Shown here piece after piece: positions 9,215-17,597 of a stretch of DNA of 32,000 nt. The notes under the pieces are model-generated. The model did no database searches, was not told the origin of the DNA, and was given only the letters and a program-made list of their open reading frames with translations. Origin of the DNA: Microbacterium phage Zayuliv; sequence record MT889377.1; one strand, given 5' to 3'. Numbering within the stretch: position 1 is the first letter of the stretch; every line of letters begins with the position of its first letter. The position numbers and the translations under genes were made by a program.

Positions 9215-10083
9215 TGGCTACTTACGTTCAGTGGGGCAATGCGCGGGTCACCCCGTACATGGCCTATCAGCTCAGCTGCCTCGATCGTGACTTGCGCAAG
9301 CTGTTTGGTGTCGGCTTGCAGGCCAACTCGGGCATCCGCCTGCCGCAGGAGCAGATCGACATCTTCCTGCAGCGCTACGTTCGCGCCGGCGACGTCAGGG
9401 GCCGCAAGGTCTACGACACCCGCTGGTGGAAAGGCGTGCTCTGGTACCGCATCAGCGCTGCGGGCACGGTGGCCGTCCCTGGCACGTCCAACCACGAGAT
9501 CCAGGGCGACAAGGCTGCGGTTGACATCCAGGACACGGGTGCCGACGCAGGTATCACCAACAAGAACAGCGTTCGCGGCCGGTGGATCCGGGCCAACGCT
9601 GGTAACTACGGGCTCATCGCATCGGGCGATGGGTTCGGCGAAGGCTGGCATTTCGACATCGTCGGGATCTGGCGTGCAGTACCCGGCGGCGGAGGCTCCG
9701 CACCGGCAACACCCAAGGAGAGTGACAACATGCAGAGCGTCCGCATCAACGGCAACATCTACGGGCTGGACACCGAGTTCATCACCCACTACGGCGACCA
9801 GCGCCAGGCCGACATCACCCGCAAGGTGACCAGCGCCACCGACGAGCTTCACGACCTGGGTTCCGGCGCTGAGGCGCTGGCCAACTTCAGCTCGCTGCTC
9901 GACGGCATGGGCATCCCGCGCAACGTGCTCAACGCACGCGGTGAGGTCTTCAACCCGCAGGCGAACGAGGGCAAGGGTGCGTTCGAAGGGAACGGCACCT
10001 GGTCGCGTCGTCGTGAGATCCTCGCCGGCCAGGCTCGCCTGGAGGCCAAGATCGACGCGCTGTCCAAGCCCGCCACCAAGTAA
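9214..10083 (+). CDS. Endolysin, M15/VanY-type D,D- or L,D-peptidase
   Basis: Zn peptidase motifs 'SNHEIQGDKAAVDI' (SxHxxGxAxD-like) and 'GEGWHFDI' (ExWHxD-like); located just before the membrane/holin genes. Confidence 0.85.
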   Translation: MATYVQWGNARVTPYMAYQLSCLDRDLRKLFGVGLQANSGIRLPQEQIDIFLQRYVRAGDVRGRKVYDTRWWKGVLWYRISAAGTVAVPGTSNHEIQGDKAAVDIQDTGADAGITNKNSVRGRWIRANAGNYGLIASGDGFGEGWHFDIVGIWRAVPGGGGSAPATPKESDNMQSVRINGNIYGLDTEFITHYGDQRQADITRKVTSATDELHDLGSGAEALANFSSLLDGMGIPRNVLNARGEVFNPQANEGKGAFEGNGTWSRRREILAGQARLEAKIDALSKPATK

Positions 10084-10090
10084 GCCCCGT

Positions 10091-10119
10091 CGGGTGGGTC
10101 GCTACGTGTGGCCCACCCG
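10091..10119 (+). terminator. Strong GC hairpin, possible attenuator/terminator after the lysin gene
   Basis: CGGGTGGG (10091-10098) pairs with CCCACCCG (10112-10119); no T-tract. Confidence 0.4.
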
Positions 10120-10145
10120 GCTCCATCTCCACCCCAGGGGGAATC

Positions 10146-10694
10146 ATGACTAAGCCCATCAAGGTGATCAGCTGGTGGGAGCGCTTCGCTCGCCTCACCG
10201 TGTGGCACCCGATCAACACAGACCCCAATGACGACTATCGAGACGGTCCCCGCTTCTGGTATCCCACGTTCGACCTGTTCATGGTCGCCCTGGGTGTGTG
10301 CGCCTTCTTCATCGGCTCACCCTTGCTGAACAAGCTGTTCCCGGCGTGGTTCGTGGACAGCCTGGGGGTGTCCATCACGGCCGCAGCTATCCTCGCTGCT
10401 GTGGGTGCTATCTTCCCGAAGCTGTTCATGCTCGAGATCGCTGGCAAGCTGGCCCTCGTCTTCCTGCTCGGTGGGTACGCAGGTACCATCGGCTCGCTGT
10501 CAAGCAACGCCGGGGAGAACGGCTTCGTGGTCCTCACCCTGTTCAGCCTGGTCTGGCTGCTGGGTCCTCGGCTGTCGTGGCTGTTCCGTCGCCTCGGCAA
10601 GTGGATCGCCGCCACCCCCGCAGGCCAGCGCGCCGCGCTGCGCAGGGCACACCGCCAGGCCACACGTGAGGCTAAGCGGAGGGCACGGCGATGA
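10146..10694 (+). CDS. Membrane protein, possible holin component
   Basis: RBS 'ggggg'; several hydrophobic segments and a highly basic C-terminus, in the lysis module. Confidence 0.55.
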   Translation: MTKPIKVISWWERFARLTVWHPINTDPNDDYRDGPRFWYPTFDLFMVALGVCAFFIGSPLLNKLFPAWFVDSLGVSITAAAILAAVGAIFPKLFMLEIAGKLALVFLLGGYAGTIGSLSSNAGENGFVVLTLFSLVWLLGPRLSWLFRRLGKWIAATPAGQRAALRRAHRQATREAKRRARR

Positions 10695-11053
10695 ACTGGA
10701 CTGACCCGTGGGTGCCGGGATTCGTCACCGGCTCGCTGGCCCTGGTGGCTGCCATCGCCACCGGCATCATCACCAGTCTGTTCGCCGCTCGACTGGCTGC
10801 CAAGAACCACGCCCGCGCCAGCGCCGCCCCCGGCGCGCCTACCGTGCAGCAGGTCTGGGAGCGTCAGGACCGCATGGAGCGCGCCTTGGGTGCAGCCCTG
10901 ACCCTGGTGGGCGAGCTGGTGGAGCAGCACGACAACCCTGGCGGGCTGCGGCTGAGCCCCAGCGCCATCAAGATTCTCCGTGAAACCGACTACATGCCCA
11001 CGGAGCTCGAAGACGTTCTGCAAGAGAACGAATCCAACAAGAACAAGGAGTAA
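10691..11053 (+). CDS. Single-TM membrane protein of the lysis module
   Basis: ATGA overlap with the upstream gene; N-terminal TM 'VTGSLALVAAIATGIITSLFA', coiled/charged remainder. Confidence 0.5.
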   Translation: MNWTDPWVPGFVTGSLALVAAIATGIITSLFAARLAAKNHARASAAPGAPTVQQVWERQDRMERALGAALTLVGELVEQHDNPGGLRLSPSAIKILRETDYMPTELEDVLQENESNKNKE

Positions 11054-11056
11054 CAC

Positions 11057-11404
11057 ATGGACATCGCATTCACCCTCGATCCGGCACTGGTCATCGGCCT
11101 GCTGGTCAGCACGGTCCTGCCGCTGCTGGTCGGCCTGGTCACCACGCGGGTCACCCACGGCGGCATCAAGGCGGTCCTGCTGGCCGCGCTGGCGCTCGTC
11201 ACGTCGCTGCTCACCGAGCTTGGTGTGGCCGTCTCGAACGGCACCACCTACGACCTCGGTCAGGGGCTGCTGCTCGCCATCCCCACCTTCCTCATCGCAG
11301 TCGGCATGCACTACGGCCTCTGGAAGCCCACCACGGCCTCCGAGAAGGTCCAGAACGTGCTGGTCACTGCCAAGGGTGAGGACGGCACCTACCGAGCCGG
11401 CTGA
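11057..11404 (+). CDS. Holin-like small membrane protein
   Basis: 115 aa with about 3 hydrophobic segments, short basic/polar tail, RBS 'aaggag', last gene before a terminator-like hairpin. Confidence 0.6.
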   Translation: MDIAFTLDPALVIGLLVSTVLPLLVGLVTTRVTHGGIKAVLLAALALVTSLLTELGVAVSNGTTYDLGQGLLLAIPTFLIAVGMHYGLWKPTTASEKVQNVLVTAKGEDGTYRAG

Positions 11405-11416
11405 GACACCTACAGA

Positions 11417-11446
11417 GGCACCCCTGGCCGGTTGGCTGGGGGTGCC
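11417..11446 (+). terminator. Terminator hairpin at the end of the late (+) operon
   Basis: GGCACCCC (11417-11424) / GGGGTGCC (11439-11446), 8-bp perfect stem, followed by 'tt'; sits at a convergent gene junction. Confidence 0.65.
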
Positions 11447-11568
11447 TTACTGTGTGCCCGTCGGCGAGCCCTTCTGAGCGCTTGAGAGCCAGCCTCTCTG
11501 CCGGTCCCTGCCCCCGTACAGCAGAACGGCCCCCTGGCAACGCCAGAGAGCCGCTCGGAGCCTGCGAG

Positions 11569-11754
11569 CTACGGCAGGACGGGGAACTTGTCAGCCAGGT
11601 TGACGATCCTGGCTCCGATGTCCGTCTCGAGCTTGGCCCGCAGGTGATCGATACGACGCACCCGGATGACGCGGGCCTCGTTCCCTTCCGGGTCGATGAT
11701 GACGTCATTGTGGTTGAGGTTCTCGACCTTGACCTGCTTCGCGGACTGTGCCAT
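11569..11754 (-). CDS. Small hypothetical protein (61 aa)
   Basis: RBS 'aaggag' upstream on the - strand; coding-like codon usage. Confidence 0.6.
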   Translation of the reverse strand: MAQSAKQVKVENLNHNDVIIDPEGNEARVIRVRRIDHLRAKLETDIGARIVNLADKFPVLP

Positions 11755-11766
11755 GATTCCTTCTCC

Positions 11767-11952
11767 TTATCGTGCTGCGATGGCTGCGCGGAGGCGACGT
11801 ACCTCAGCGACGTAGACGGGGTTGGTGCGCATGTTGGCAGCCTGGCCACCCAGCACGCGCTGGAGGTGCTGCTCGAGTGCGACCTTGGTGGTGTCACTGT
11901 AGATGATACCGAAAGTGGTGACCGTGTTGCCGGGGATGCGTACCTTGTTCAT
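11767..11952 (-). CDS. Small hypothetical protein (61 aa), predicted leaderless transcript
   Basis: ATG at 11952 lies 7 nt downstream of a predicted -10 (TAAGCT) and has no Shine-Dalgarno. Confidence 0.55.
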   Translation of the reverse strand: MNKVRIPGNTVTTFGIIYSDTTKVALEQHLQRVLGGQAANMRTNPVYVAEVRRLRAAIAAR

Positions 11953-11958
11953 GTGAAT

Positions 11959-11989
11959 AGCTTAGCACGGATCATGAAGCCGTGTGCAA
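11959..11989 (-). promoter_or_regulatory. Promoter: TTGCAC - 19 nt - TAAGCT (TG-extended -10)
   Basis: On the - strand TTGCAC at 11989-11984 and TAAGCT at 11964-11959 with TGC directly upstream; matches the other promoters in the window. Confidence 0.55.
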
Positions 11990-12154
11990 CTTCTTTTCAC
12001 ATTTCTTGCAGAGCACCTCTTTGATGGGCTCCGTCTGCCAGGCACGGCTCCAGCCGCCCACCGGCAGCCCGCAGGCCGTCCGGTCCCAGCTGCCCTCTTC
12101 CATGAGGTGCTGCAAGCTGGGCCGACCGGCTGCGGTCCGCGCGATGGTGAACAT
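11972..12154 (-). CDS. Small hypothetical protein (60 aa) with C-terminal CKKC
   Basis: TAATG overlap with the upstream gene; 'VLCKKCEKKLHTAS'. Confidence 0.5.
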   Translation of the reverse strand: MFTIARTAAGRPSLQHLMEEGSWDRTACGLPVGGWSRAWQTEPIKEVLCKKCEKKLHTAS

Positions 12155-12666
12155 TACTCGCCGGCCCAGGTGCGGTCAGCGTTCTTGGCCAGACCCGCAG
12201 CGTGGCAGCAGGGGAGGAACTCGAGCGGGTAGGCACCGGCAGCTCCGGACTCCTCGAGGAAGTCCTCGTTGAAGTCGACCCACACGTCCCGCTCGTCGGT
12301 GCCAGTGGGGAACGACTGGGTGTGGATGCCGTTGTGCGCCTGGCGCTTGGTGGCTGCCTTCTTGAGGTCAGCGCAGCCAGCCGCGTGAACCTTGATGTCC
12401 TGGCCGTTGGCGAATGCCAGCTTGATGACCTTGCCCGCTGCGGGCTTCTTGGCCGGTGCCTTGGGTGTGGCCTGAGCTGCGCGGCAGCCCTCGCAGAAGT
12501 CGGCGCCGTGGGTGTAGTACGCGGCGGACTGGGTAGCCGAGTTGACGATGGAGCCGTGGTCCTCACAGACCGTGACCCACTTGCCGTCGGTGGCGTCGAG
12601 CTTGAGTTCGGCTGCGGTGCCTACAGTGAGCTTCTCGCCGGTGCCGCGGATGGTACGTGTGAACAT
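12154..12666 (-). CDS. Hypothetical protein with Cys/His putative zinc-binding motifs
   Basis: RBS 'aaggag'; motifs 'VCEDHG...HGADFCEGC' and 'HAAGC...LPCCHAAG'. Confidence 0.6.
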   Translation of the reverse strand: MFTRTIRGTGEKLTVGTAAELKLDATDGKWVTVCEDHGSIVNSATQSAAYYTHGADFCEGCRAAQATPKAPAKKPAAGKVIKLAFANGQDIKVHAAGCADLKKAATKRQAHNGIHTQSFPTGTDERDVWVDFNEDFLEESGAAGAYPLEFLPCCHAAGLAKNADRTWAGE

Positions 12667-12705
12667 GATGTGCTCCTTGCGCTGAGCGGGTTGGTTGATA
12701 CCATC

Positions 12706-12734
12706 AGCTTACACGGACTGATGAAGGAGCACAA
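12706..12734 (-). promoter_or_regulatory. Promoter: TTGTGC - 17 nt - TAAGCT
   Basis: -35 at 12734-12729, -10 at 12711-12706 on the - strand, upstream of gene 12154..12666. Confidence 0.65.
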
Positions 12735-12743
12735 CCCTCAAGT

Positions 12744-14411
12744 TCAATTTTCTTCTAGAACCGGTCGCTTGATGACCTTGAGCGCGTTGTCGACGTAGTG
12801 CTGCGTGTTGGTGCGCTTGGTCTGCACACCCATGCGAAGGAAGTCCTCGTCCTCGGCTGGTGCAGCCAGGCTCATGATGAAATCAGACCAGGCGTGCAGC
12901 GCTGTAGCCCCCAGGATGGACTCCTGGATGGACTCACCCTTCTCGAAGACCCGCTTTCGAGTATGGTGGATGAACAGCACTGCACACCCGGTCGCCTTGG
13001 CAATGTCCTTGACCGGCTTCAGTACGGCGTACATCTCCTTCTGGTCGGAGACGTTGCCCTTGCCGATGGCCATGGACAGAGTGTCAATGATGACAAGCTT
13101 GAGGTCGTGCTTGACGATGGTTTCGTAGAGCCGCTGCTGGTCCTCAGGCGTGCTGAGGTCGACCTGCGCGAAGTTGGTGAAGAGCTGCATGGGTACGGGC
13201 GGCTCCCAGACCAGGGTGCCGTCGCCTTCCGGCTTGATGTGGCCATCCCAGTGGTACTTCTCGCGGCCGTAGTGCAGCCCCGATGCCAGACGCTCAGCGA
13301 ACAGGTACTCCCCATCCTCCAAGCTGAAGAAGCCGACAGCCTTGGGGCGCTGGCTGGAGATGCCCAGCGGTCGCCGGCCAGTAGCTAGGCCCAGCGCGAC
13401 CTCGATAGCGACACGGGTCTTGCCGACCTTCGGCGCGGCCACAATCAAACCGCAGCCCGCTTCGGGGATGATGCCAGGCAGCACCCACTTGAACGGCTTG
13501 CGCAGCACCGGCCCGAAGTCGGCGACGGTGGCCATGTCCCAGGCTTCGATGGGCGCTTCCTCGTCGAACTCCTGCTCGACGTGCTCCTTCGCCTGCGCCT
13601 GTGCCGGGTCCTTGGTGGGTGTTGCCGGTGCAGCTTCGTACGCCTTGGCGATGTCGTCCTTGAGCCGCTGCGGGTCGTCAGTCCACTTGTTCCACTTGGT
13701 TGCCTTGATCAGCTTGAAGGTGAGGTCCTCGGGGATCAGCAGCTCGCTTGCGTTGCGGCTGAACTTCCACAGCAGCTTGGAGCGGTCGCCGTAGGGATCG
13801 TCGGCACCCAGCTCGCTAGCCAGTCCCGGCGAGAAGCCCAGCACGCGGGCCACACGGGAGAGCAGCATGCCTCGGGTGTACACGGTGCCAGCGGCCCTGA
13901 GAACGCGGCCCTGGAACGCCTCGCGCTTGTGGTGCCAGGTGCCAGGCACCCGCAGCAGCTGACCCACGTCGACACCCGACGGGTCGGCGCCGATGGCCTG
14001 GGTGATCATACCGATCAGGCCGTCACGGTTGAACTCGCTGCGCGGCACCTTCTCCTTGAGCAGCCAGACGGCTTGAGTGTGGCCGGGGCTGGTCTCCCAC
14101 ATGAAAGACGGCCGCAACGCCTCGAGCATCTTGGCGTCATGACCGTCATCAGCGTCGACCCAGATGGCCCGCTGGCTGGGGTACTTCTTGGCACGGCGCG
14201 TGTCGCCGTTGCTGACCGCCGGTGTCCAATACCAGTCACGGTCATCGAGGAGCTCGGGGATGACAGGCTTGGCAGTGTGCAGCACCGCGCCTTCGCGGAA
14301 CTTTTCCTTGTCCTTGTCACCGATGTTCTGAATTGCGGGCATCCAGACATTGCCTTTGATGCCTGAGTGCGCCCACACCTTGCGGACTACGTCGAGAGGG
14401 TTGCTATCCAC
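12744..14411 (-). CDS. Bifunctional DNA primase-helicase: RepB/AEP-like primase N-terminus plus RecA-fold helicase C-terminus
   Basis: 'RAIWVDADDG...TSPGHTQAVWLL...GQLLRVPGTWHHK' primase-like motifs; Walker A 'AAPKVGKTR', Walker B 'LVIIDTLSMA', 'VLFIHHTRK'. Confidence 0.75.
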   Translation of the reverse strand: MDSNPLDVVRKVWAHSGIKGNVWMPAIQNIGDKDKEKFREGAVLHTAKPVIPELLDDRDWYWTPAVSNGDTRRAKKYPSQRAIWVDADDGHDAKMLEALRPSFMWETSPGHTQAVWLLKEKVPRSEFNRDGLIGMITQAIGADPSGVDVGQLLRVPGTWHHKREAFQGRVLRAAGTVYTRGMLLSRVARVLGFSPGLASELGADDPYGDRSKLLWKFSRNASELLIPEDLTFKLIKATKWNKWTDDPQRLKDDIAKAYEAAPATPTKDPAQAQAKEHVEQEFDEEAPIEAWDMATVADFGPVLRKPFKWVLPGIIPEAGCGLIVAAPKVGKTRVAIEVALGLATGRRPLGISSQRPKAVGFFSLEDGEYLFAERLASGLHYGREKYHWDGHIKPEGDGTLVWEPPVPMQLFTNFAQVDLSTPEDQQRLYETIVKHDLKLVIIDTLSMAIGKGNVSDQKEMYAVLKPVKDIAKATGCAVLFIHHTRKRVFEKGESIQESILGATALHAWSDFIMSLAAPAEDEDFLRMGVQTKRTNTQHYVDNALKVIKRPVLEEN

Positions 14412-14680
14412 GCCACTACTTCCTGAGCCTGGGGGTCATGGCTGACAAACGTTGCGCCGCCTGCCTGACTGAACTTATTGAGGGTGTATAGCTGCGATTC
14501 GGTGGGCTTTTCCCTAGCCGTCTTCTTGGCCTCGATGGTGAAGAAGTAACCGTGTGCGCAGCCGATGATATCGGGGGTACCCTTCTGCTGAAAGGCACCC
14601 CCGTGAGTGCGGAGGCAGTACACCCCAGGAATAGCGTTGAGCCGCTTCATCATGCGGCGCACCACCTCCGCCTCATCCAT
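14387..14680 (-). CDS. VRR-NUC domain nuclease
   Basis: 97 aa; 'GGAFQQKGTPDIIGCAHGYFFTIEAKKTAREKPTESQ' matches the VRR-NUC PD..(E)xK core. Confidence 0.8.
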   Translation of the reverse strand: MDEAEVVRRMMKRLNAIPGVYCLRTHGGAFQQKGTPDIIGCAHGYFFTIEAKKTAREKPTESQLYTLNKFSQAGGATFVSHDPQAQEVVAWIATLST

Positions 14681-15531
14681 CAGCGGCGCTTGACGACGCG
14701 GCGAGCCGGGGCAGCCTTGGCCGGTGCAGCCTTGGCAGCGGGCTTGCGGGCAGCAGCACGACGGCGGGGAGCCGGCTCGGGCTCCTCCTCCTCGTCCTCC
14801 TCGTCGTCGAACTCCTCGTCCTCGAGGTCCTCGTCACCCAGGTCCTCGTCGTCGAGGTCATCCTCCTCGTCGGAGTCGTCCTCCTCGTCCGCCTCGCCGA
14901 GCTCCTCCTCGATGACCAGCTCGACGAGCTCGTCCTTCTTGACGCCGTCGGTGTCGATGCCGAGGCCCTTGGCCCGCTTGCGCAGGGCTGCCAGGGTGAG
15001 CGCCTCGATCTCCTCACGGAGCTCGTCCTCGTCACCCTCCTCCTCTTCGTCGTACTCCTCGTCGTCCTCTTCGACCTCGTCGGCCTCTTCGTCCTCGTCG
15101 ACCTCGTCCTCGTCGCCGGCGACCTGGTCCTCGTCGTCGATGATGCTGCGGTCGTAGACGCCGTCGATCTCGCTGCGCCCTGCGTACTGGCCGGTCGCGT
15201 CCGAGACCTCAGCTGCGATGATCTTGCCCACCGGAGCGTCGGGGTCGAGCGCCGTGCGCTTCTTGGGCACCGTCAGGCCCGCAGCGACGAAGATGTCACG
15301 GAGCTTGAAGAGCTGGTTCTGCTGGTGCTTGCAGTAGTACGGGAACAGACGCGTCTTGTACTTCGGGTTCGTGGGGCGCAGGCCATACGTCCACATCGTC
15401 GTCCCGTCGTTGGCGTCCTTGAGGTCCACCAGCTCGATCTTGAACTCGTGGAGGCCTTCCGGCATCTCCTTGGAGTTCCAGCCCGAGCGCTCCTCGACCT
15501 TGCTGAAGTCGAGCGTGATCTTCTTGCCCAT
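14680..15531 (-). CDS. Candidate ssDNA-binding/replication protein with long acidic tract, SAP-like motif and basic AKP-rich tail
   Basis: N-terminal ~120 aa globular; acidic D/E region; 'LREEIEALTLAALRKRAKGLGIDTDGVKKDELVELVIEEE' SAP-like; C-term 'RKPAAKAAPAKAAPARRVVKRR'. Confidence 0.6.
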   Translation of the reverse strand: MGKKITLDFSKVEERSGWNSKEMPEGLHEFKIELVDLKDANDGTTMWTYGLRPTNPKYKTRLFPYYCKHQQNQLFKLRDIFVAAGLTVPKKRTALDPDAPVGKIIAAEVSDATGQYAGRSEIDGVYDRSIIDDEDQVAGDEDEVDEDEEADEVEEDDEEYDEEEEGDEDELREEIEALTLAALRKRAKGLGIDTDGVKKDELVELVIEEELGEADEEDDSDEEDDLDDEDLGDEDLEDEEFDDEEDEEEEPEPAPRRRAAARKPAAKAAPAKAAPARRVVKRR

Positions 15532-15562
15532 GTTGTTCGTTTCCTTTTCTTGATATTCTCGA

Positions 15563-16258
15563 CTAGCGGGTCCAGCCGAGAAGCTGGTTCAGCCGCCCGA
15601 TGGTGGGCTGCTTGAGATATGGGGGGTTGCCGTGATACTTGTCGCTGCGGGCACCGGCCACAATGCTAGCACTTGGCCCCAGCCAGAGCCGGCGGACCGG
15701 CTTGTCGTTCACGTTGGCGATGTACAGGCGACCAATGGCGTCCGACATCTGAAGGAGGGCGCTGGCGCTGCCAGCCGACAGGTCCACGCTGATCATGGCG
15801 GACTGCTCTTCGTCCTCATCCTCAGGGGTCCACTCCTGCTTGCCGTCTTCACCCAGCCCCTGCCCTGGCAGTGTGAAGCGCTCCTGCGCCAGCACGATGA
15901 CCGTCTTGTTGCTGTCGCGCAGCGTGCGGATGAGTGTGGCCAGGGCGTTGTTCGCGTTGCCGAAGTCCTGCTTCCGGATCTGGGCACCAGGCCCACCGGC
16001 GGACTCCTGCTGGAACAGAAGGTGCAGGCTGGTCGCGGTGTCCACGACGAACCGCTGATGCTTCGCCAGGAAGCTGCTGTTGACGGTCTTGTTGATGGTC
16101 CTGGTGGACAGGTCCTCGAGGATGGTCATGCCCTGCGTGTCGATACCGAGGAGGCCTCGGTCGGCACTGAAGATGGCAGTCTTGCCCTTGGGGGCATCCT
16201 TGAGGGCCAGCGTGGTCTTGCCCACCTTGGGCCGACCGTAGATGGTGATGACGCTCAC
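15563..16258 (-). CDS. RecA/Sak4-like P-loop ATPase
   Basis: GTG start at 16258 overlaps the upstream TGA; 'VITIYGRPKVGKTTLAL' Walker A, 'NKTVIVLAQERF'. ORF-track N-terminus (to 16405) is out-of-gene sequence. Confidence 0.7.
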   Translation of the reverse strand: MSVITIYGRPKVGKTTLALKDAPKGKTAIFSADRGLLGIDTQGMTILEDLSTRTINKTVNSSFLAKHQRFVVDTATSLHLLFQQESAGGPGAQIRKQDFGNANNALATLIRTLRDSNKTVIVLAQERFTLPGQGLGEDGKQEWTPEDEDEEQSAMISVDLSAGSASALLQMSDAIGRLYIANVNDKPVRRLWLGPSASIVAGARSDKYHGNPPYLKQPTIGRLNQLLGWTR

Positions 16259-17433
16259 TTCTTGGCCTTCGCTTTCTTCTGGTTGGGGTAGTAGTCGAGC
16301 GGATCCCTGGTGGTGACGTACCGCGTGCGCTGCTCGATTTCGCTGGTGCCGTGCATAAGGTCTGCAACCGTGAGGTCCTTGTAGCCACAAGTATACCCTG
16401 AACACGCGCTCAAGTTGCGCTCGACCTTGTCCGGGTCATCCCACTTGTAGTTCAGCAGCCGTGCAGCCGACGCATAGAAGGACTTGAGCTGGCGCTTGCG
16501 CTGGGCCTCGCTGAACACCAGGCGGTCACGCCGGAAGGTGTCGCTGTAGTCGCGGTGCTTCAGCTCCATCAGGAACTCCTCGACGTAGGCCCGCTCCTCG
16601 GCATCCTCGATGGCCAGCAGGTCCTTCCCGCGGATGACGCTCATCAAGTTGTTCTTGATCAGCCACTCACGGAAGACCGGGTAGGTGGTGCCGCTGGGCT
16701 TCAGCACCCGGCTGAGCTTGCCCTTCTGCGTCAGCGTGGGCACCTTGATGGCGTTCGTACGGCAGTAGTCGTAGATGAAGCCCTTGGGCTGCGGCAGCGG
16801 CTTCCCCTTGTAGCGGAGCGCCTTGTAGGTCGGCGCCGTTTCACAGGCCCAGAGGTAGCTGTAGTGCTGGAAGGCGAGCTCCCGGTACCGCCAGTCGGGC
16901 AGTGTGGCATGAGTCTTGTGATCGCCCAGCCACACATCGCCCTGGTCATCAATCCAGATGATGTCGATGCGGCCGCGATACAGCACCTTCCCGCGGAACA
17001 TGGTGCGCTCGACCGTGAGCTCGACTGCGACCGGGTGCAGGTGCTCGTGAAGCTTCTGCTCGTACAGCCAGTCATAGCTGAGGACGATGTTGTAGCACTC
17101 CTCCGCCAGGCCAGCCGTCTCCTCCTCGAAGGTGTTCTCCTCGGCTTCCTTGATCAGCTCCTGATGCTTGGCCTTCCAGTCGCCGCCGTTGCCCCGCTCC
17201 TCGAGCAGAGCGTGGACCCAGGTGCCACGGGTGAGCGGCCTGCTGGCGAGCTTGGTGCGCAGCCCCAGGACGATGCTGTAGTACGTCTCGCGAGGACAGT
17301 TGACGAATCCGCTGACCATGCTCTGGGTGATGACCAGCTTGCCATCCTCAGTGGTGGGCCAGGTGCCGCGCGGACCGTGCCACGCCTTGGAGCCTGCCTT
17401 CTTGCCGGTCGCCGGCAGTGCCTTCGCGGGCAT
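16255..17433 (-). CDS. PD-(D/E)XK exonuclease, Cas4/RecB-like, with probable Fe-S cysteines
   Basis: 'YRGRIDIIWIDDQGDVWLGDHKT...FQHYSYLW' GxxD / xxK / QxxxY core; N-terminal 'NCPR' and C-terminal 'CSGYTC'. ATGA overlap at 17433 supports this start. Confidence 0.75.
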   Translation of the reverse strand: MPAKALPATGKKAGSKAWHGPRGTWPTTEDGKLVITQSMVSGFVNCPRETYYSIVLGLRTKLASRPLTRGTWVHALLEERGNGGDWKAKHQELIKEAEENTFEEETAGLAEECYNIVLSYDWLYEQKLHEHLHPVAVELTVERTMFRGKVLYRGRIDIIWIDDQGDVWLGDHKTHATLPDWRYRELAFQHYSYLWACETAPTYKALRYKGKPLPQPKGFIYDYCRTNAIKVPTLTQKGKLSRVLKPSGTTYPVFREWLIKNNLMSVIRGKDLLAIEDAEERAYVEEFLMELKHRDYSDTFRRDRLVFSEAQRKRQLKSFYASAARLLNYKWDDPDKVERNLSACSGYTCGYKDLTVADLMHGTSEIEQRTRYVTTRDPLDYYPNQKKAKAKK

Positions 17434-17597
17434 CAGGCAGCCACCCGCTTGACGATTTCCTCGTGGCTGACGACGAGGTGCTTCTGGCACAGCGTCCAGG
17501 CACACTTGAGGATTGAAGCGCTGCCACTGATCCAGGCCACCACCTGATAGTGATGCTTGCCTGTGACGTGACCGCAGGGGGCACTAGAATTCGGCAA
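17433..17597 (-). CDS. Small Cys/His protein (54 aa, TTG start), zinc-ribbon-like
   Basis: 'CGHVTGKHHYQ...CAWTLCQKH'; RBS 'GGGAGG' 8 nt upstream of TTG; ends in ATGA overlap with the next gene. Shorter than the ORF-track entry 17433..17669. Confidence 0.55.
   Translation of the reverse strand: MPNSSAPCGHVTGKHHYQVVAWISGSASILKCAWTLCQKHLVVSHEEIVKRVAA

Noticed and set aside
14700-15120. Long biased tcctcgtc-type tract as a non-coding repeat or regulatory array
   Set aside because: Explained by D/E codons (gag/gac) of the acidic region of gene 14680..15531 on the - strand.
16259-16405. N-terminal extension of the RecA-like ATPase in the ORF track
   Set aside because: Out-of-frame reading of the Cas4-like gene; the GTG at 16258 with GTGA overlap is the natural start.
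16255-17433. CRISPR-related Cas4
   Set aside because: Only a Cas4/RecB-like nuclease fold is supported; no repeats, cas1 or cas2 in the window. Phage recombination nuclease is more likely.
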